A DNA stretch of 46,000 nt from Thermoplasmatota archaeon. GTDB taxonomy: Archaea; Thermoplasmatota; E2; JACPAO01; JAHFTW01. Shown one piece after another: positions 42,855-46,000 of the stretch (within the stretch, counting starts at the first letter, position 1; the number at the start of each line of letters is the position of its first letter). The notes below the pieces were generated by a model, which had not been told where the DNA came from, ran no database searches, and saw nothing but the letters and a program-made list of their open reading frames with translations. The position numbers and the translations under genes were made by a program. The stretch lies in contig JBFJXH010000001.1 of the NCBI GenBank assembly GCA_041623215.1, forward strand, positions 1 through 46,000, in the 5' to 3' direction.

Positions 42855-43862
42855 CTATGCGGTAGCACTGGCTAGAAGCGCGGCATGGGCTTTGGCTGCG
42901 GTTTCCCATGTGAATTCATGGGCGAGTCTGTGTCCGGCCTGCCCTAGAGTCCTAGCCCACCCATCGTCTGTGGCCAGGCGGTCGATGGCCTGCGTCCAGC
43001 CGGGTTGTTCCTGCGGGTCGAGCACCACGGCAGCGTCGTTCGCCCATTCGCTGACGCCGGCTCTGCTGGATACAACCGTGGGGCACCCGCACGCCATGGC
43101 CTCGAGCGCCGGGAGACAAAACGATTCGGCCAGACTGGGGAACAGCGCCGCCGTGGCTGCGCGGTACCAAGTTGCCAACTCCGCCTGTGGCATCCAGGCT
43201 TGTACATGGACCCCCTCGGGGAGTTTGCGCGGCAATTGGCCTTTGGTCACGAGCACAAGGTCCGGCCGGGGCTGCGGCAAGGCAGCGTAGGCCGCAAGCA
43301 GGCCAGAGAGATTCTTGGCTGGTTGAAGGTGAGATGCGTGCAGGAAGAACGGTCGTGGATGGTTGGCTTTGGGGCCTGCCGGTGAAAACACAGCGGGGTT
43401 GATGCCGTGCGGGATGACGTGGAGGCGCTCGGCAGGCACGCCAAGAAATCGCTGCGCTTCCTGGGCTGTCCACTGGGAAGGAACAATCACCACGTCTGGC
43501 GGGTGTCGCCGCCAATCACGCCGGGTGCGCCGCAGCGCTTCTAGGTGCCGAATGCCACCGCCACTGGCCCAATGCCAGGGTCGCAGGCCTGCCATGGCTA
43601 GGCCATGCATCGTCGCGACACGAGTCCCCTGAAACGACTTGTAGACTGGCGGCATGGGCCGGGCGCCGAGACCGGGGTCCCACAGTGCGTCAAGGCGACT
43701 GGCCACGTCTCGGCCGTCGGCCTCCGGCGCCACGCGCTCCATGGTGGACGGCACGACGCTTCGCCGATAGGTGTCAAGGCTCGACACGTCGTTTGGTCGA
43801 TGCACCACGCCCCAGCGCACGCAGTCCCACCGGCGCACCTGCTCAAAGACCCGCCGAGCCAA
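42855..43862 (-). CDS. GT4-family (GT-B fold) glycosyltransferase
   Basis: E-x7-E motif (AESFCLPALEAMACGCP) and VIPHGINPAVF. The N-terminal domain is short and has no obvious Gly-rich loop. Confidence 0.75.
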   Translation of the reverse strand: MARRVFEQVRRWDCVRWGVVHRPNDVSSLDTYRRSVVPSTMERVAPEADGRDVASRLDALWDPGLGARPMPPVYKSFQGTRVATMHGLAMAGLRPWHWASGGGIRHLEALRRTRRDWRRHPPDVVIVPSQWTAQEAQRFLGVPAERLHVIPHGINPAVFSPAGPKANHPRPFFLHASHLQPAKNLSGLLAAYAALPQPRPDLVLVTKGQLPRKLPEGVHVQAWMPQAELATWYRAATAALFPSLAESFCLPALEAMACGCPTVVSSRAGVSEWANDAAVVLDPQEQPGWTQAIDRLATDDGWARTLGQAGHRLAHEFTWETAAKAHAALLASATA

Positions 43863-43899
43863 CCCGACCCCCTTTTGCCCGCCATCGGCTCGGAGGGTC

Positions 43900-44565
43900 G
43901 TGACCTACCAGGCGTCCTTTGCCCACGGCACCGCGCACCAGCAACAGGTGGATGCCGTGCCCGGGGGCTCGACGGTGTTGGAGGTGGGCTGCGCCAGCGG
44001 CTACATCGCGAGCGCCTTGGCGGCCAAGGGATGCACCGTGACCGGCATCGAGCAAGACCCGGCTGCCGCAGCGGAGGCCCGGACCTGGTGCCTTCGCGTT
44101 GTGGAAGGAGACGCAGACGACCCTGAGTTGGCCCTGCCCGACGGCCCCTTTGACGTGGTGCTATGCGGCGACGTGCTGGAACACCTGCGCGACCCCAGTG
44201 CGTTCCTGCGGCGGCTGGCCGCGGCGTACCCCGGGGCGAAGCTGGTGGCCAGCATCCCCAACATCGCCAATTGGCGCACCCGCGCATCGCTCTTCATCGG
44301 CCGTTGGAACTACGCCGACGAAGGTCTGCTGGATCGCACCCACTTGCGTTTCTATACGCGGCGCACAAGCGAGGCACTCCTGAAGGAGGGGGGATGGATC
44401 GTAGAGGACATCCAGCCTAGCACCGGGTTTCCGGTTGTGCTTGCACTAGGCAGCCGACGCGTCGCGCACGGCCTGACCCGGGCCTGGCCGACTCTGTTTG
44501 CCCTACAATTCGTTTACACGGCAACGACGGCCGCAGTGGCCGGGGGCGCCGAATCGGGCGCGTGA
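43900..44565 (+). CDS. class I SAM-dependent methyltransferase
   Basis: Motif I VLEVGCASG, acidic loop GIEQD, and DVVLCGDVLEHLRDP. The listed start 43771 overlaps the divergent GT gene, so I trimmed it to in-frame GTG 43900. Confidence 0.78.
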   Translation: MTYQASFAHGTAHQQQVDAVPGGSTVLEVGCASGYIASALAAKGCTVTGIEQDPAAAAEARTWCLRVVEGDADDPELALPDGPFDVVLCGDVLEHLRDPSAFLRRLAAAYPGAKLVASIPNIANWRTRASLFIGRWNYADEGLLDRTHLRFYTRRTSEALLKEGGWIVEDIQPSTGFPVVLALGSRRVAHGLTRAWPTLFALQFVYTATTAAVAGGAESGA

Positions 44566-44577
44566 CCACGCACCGAA

Positions 44578-44973
44578 ATGCCCATGACGCGGGGGAACGC
44601 CTCCCCTCCCATGGATGACAAAGGATTCGGCATCATTGCCGCCATCCTGGCCGCAGCGGTTGGTCTGGTGCTACTGGTCGTAGCGATGGCAGGCGCCTTC
44701 TATCTCAGCGACATGCCCGTGGGGGCCACGGTAACCGACAAGTCGTGCGCCATCGGCATCGGGGCCCGTAGCACGCTTGAAGTAACCACGAAATTCCCGG
44801 TGCCTGGAGTCACGCATGTCATCACTGATTTCGACAACCAGCAATGCCACGGCCTGCGGGCGGGCGACAACGGCAACTACGCAGAGCATCACCTGCGAAG
44901 CGGCCGGACCATTCTGTTTGAATCGCAGGGTGGCGCCTGCATCTGGGACTCGGACAAGGGCTTCATCTGCTGA
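44578..44973 (+). CDS. small membrane-anchored 4-Cys protein (paralog of 42487..42798), unknown family
   Basis: TM anchor GIIAAILAAAVGLVLLVVAMAG, then PVGATVTDKSC, QQCH, HHLRSGRTILFESQGGACIWD and a C-terminal Cys. It lies 12 nt after the methyltransferase. Alternative starts are 44584 and 44611. Confidence 0.6.
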   Translation: MPMTRGNASPPMDDKGFGIIAAILAAAVGLVLLVVAMAGAFYLSDMPVGATVTDKSCAIGIGARSTLEVTTKFPVPGVTHVITDFDNQQCHGLRAGDNGNYAEHHLRSGRTILFESQGGACIWDSDKGFIC

Positions 44974-45000
44974 CGGCGCGCGGCCCGCGGCGGCCAACGC

Positions 45001-45008
45001 TTAACAAT
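45001..45008 (+). promoter_or_regulatory. AT box TTAACAAT 22-29 nt upstream of the FKBP ATG
   Basis: Lone AT octamer in the 56-nt spacer. Confidence 0.35.
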
Positions 45009-45029
45009 CCCGGCGGCTGGGCGCGGCCC

Positions 45030-45764
45030 ATGAGCTTGCCCGACAACGCCGTCGTTCGCTTCGACTACAACCTCTGGGTCGAAGGCAGCGACAAACTCGC
45101 CGAGACGAGCATGGAAGACGCCGCCAAGGAAGCTGGCATCCATCAGGATGGACGCCCGTACCGCCCCCTCACTGTGGCCTTGGGCCACAAGCGTATCATC
45201 GCTGGCCTCGAGGACCACATCAAGGCGCACGCTGAGTTGGACAAGGCAGTCACAGTTGACCTGAGCGCCGAAGAAGCCTATGGTCCCCGCGACCCTAAGG
45301 CCATCCAAGATGTACCCATGGCGCAGTTCAAGAAACAGAAGGTCGAACCCAAGGTCGGCCTCGAACTCAACATGGGCGGACGCCGCGGCATCATCACGCG
45401 CGTTACCGGTGGCCGCGTACGCATTGACCTCAACCACGAGTTGGCCGGCAAGGGCCTTCGCTACGAATACATCCTGCGCGAAGTGGTGGACTCAGACGAG
45501 GACAAGGTGCGCGCCGTCCTCGACTCGTTCTTTGTTCAAGGCGGCTACCAGACCGAATTGACCGATGAAACGCTCACCATTGAACTGCCCATGCAAGTCA
45601 ACTTCGACCAAAACTGGGCACAAGGCAAATTCCGCGTCCTAGAAGAGCTTCGCACGCTCGTCCCCGGCCGCAACATCAAGTTCGTCGAGACGTGGCCCAA
45701 CATGCCTCCCCTGCCCGAAGGCGACGAAGTGCTATCTGCGGGTGCCGCCGGCGAAGAAGAATAG
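45030..45764 (+). CDS. long-type archaeal FKBP peptidyl-prolyl isomerase with insert-in-flap (chaperone) domain
   Basis: VRFDYNLWVEG, LGHKRIIAGLEDHI, GRVRIDLNHELAGKGLRYEYIL, and a C-terminal extension. Confidence 0.88.
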   Translation: MSLPDNAVVRFDYNLWVEGSDKLAETSMEDAAKEAGIHQDGRPYRPLTVALGHKRIIAGLEDHIKAHAELDKAVTVDLSAEEAYGPRDPKAIQDVPMAQFKKQKVEPKVGLELNMGGRRGIITRVTGGRVRIDLNHELAGKGLRYEYILREVVDSDEDKVRAVLDSFFVQGGYQTELTDETLTIELPMQVNFDQNWAQGKFRVLEELRTLVPGRNIKFVETWPNMPPLPEGDEVLSAGAAGEEE

Positions 45765-45769
45765 CCCCC

Positions 45770-46000
45770 ATGCGCGTCGGGGCCCACAACTCCATTGCAG
45801 GCGGCCTGTGGAACGCCGTTGACGAGGCGGTCAGCATCGGCGGCGACGTCATGCAGATCTTCTGCAAGAACCAGCGCCAATGGAACGCCCCACCGCTAAC
45901 AGATGAGGACGCCGCACGGTTTCGCCGCGCCGTCACAGAGGCAGGCCTGGGGCCAGTCATGGTCCATGACTCTTACCTCATCAACATGGGCACGCCCGAC
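45770..46000 (+). CDS. nfo: endonuclease IV (AP endonuclease), 3' end outside the window
   Basis: Open frame from ATG 45770 to the window end: MRVGAHNSIAGGLWNAVDEAVSIGGDVMQIFCKNQRQWNAPPL...VHDSYLINMG. It is not in the ORF track because no stop is reached. Confidence 0.8.
   Translation, partial: MRVGAHNSIAGGLWNAVDEAVSIGGDVMQIFCKNQRQWNAPPLTDEDAARFRRAVTEAGLGPVMVHDSYLINMGTPD

Noticed and set aside
43598-44287. 229-aa minus-strand ORF, plus the 43771-43899 extension of the methyltransferase ORF
   Set aside because: The first is an Arg/Pro/Gly-rich frame overlapping both the GT4 and MT genes. The second overlaps the GT4 N-terminus, and the MT fold needs only about 25 residues before motif I.
1-46000. 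Search for CRISPR arrays, IS elements, integrases, toxin-antitoxin or defence-island signatures
   Set aside because: I found no regularly spaced direct repeats and no transposase, integrase or recombinase motifs. There are no long terminal inverted repeats and no abrupt compositional shift visible by eye. The only repeats found are short: a heptamer x2.5, a 16-nt and a 12-nt palindrome, and GAACC x4.

Overview
Visibly GC-rich, densely packed archaeal chromosomal segment. The archaeal assignment rests on SRP54, GatD/GatE, ABCE1, Hel308, Elp3, the KEOPS subunit Cgi121, TrmY, a split transketolase and a Sec11/SipW-type signal peptidase. I call about 46 protein genes, two of them cut by the window edges, plus one tRNA-Arg(GCG). 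I saw no rRNA, CRISPR array, transposase, integrase or obvious prophage. Most genes are housekeeping (translation and tRNA modification, pentose-phosphate enzymes, K+ uptake) and are interleaved with many secreted or membrane-bound peptidases and surface proteins. That mix, without the strongly acidic proteins of haloarchaea, would fit a proteolytic heterotroph such as marine Thermoplasmatota; this is inference only. Many long ORFs in the track are antisense or out-of-frame shadows typical of high-GC DNA, and several listed ORFs carry spurious N-terminal extensions that I trimmed (GatE, GcvT, ABCE1, a membrane glycosyltransferase-like protein, a methyltransferase and others). The candidates most worth a second look are: (1) a signal peptidase I fused to a roughly 520-aa repeat-bearing extracellular domain and co-transcribed with a small TasA-like secreted protein (5065-7752); (2) a membrane-tethered regulator with a large extracellular domain and two cytoplasmic winged-helix domains (9589-11241); (3) two paralogous 4-Cys membrane-anchored miniproteins bracketing a divergent glycosyltransferase/methyltransferase pair (42487-44973); (4) a translationally coupled TraB/PrgY-family plus M50 site-2 protease pair next to a membrane protein-LemA-HtpX module (16021-20513); (5) a recurrent TTAA-type AT box 22-30 nt upstream of many start codons, implying mostly leaderless mRNAs. 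All functional calls come from motif recognition by eye. No database search was run.
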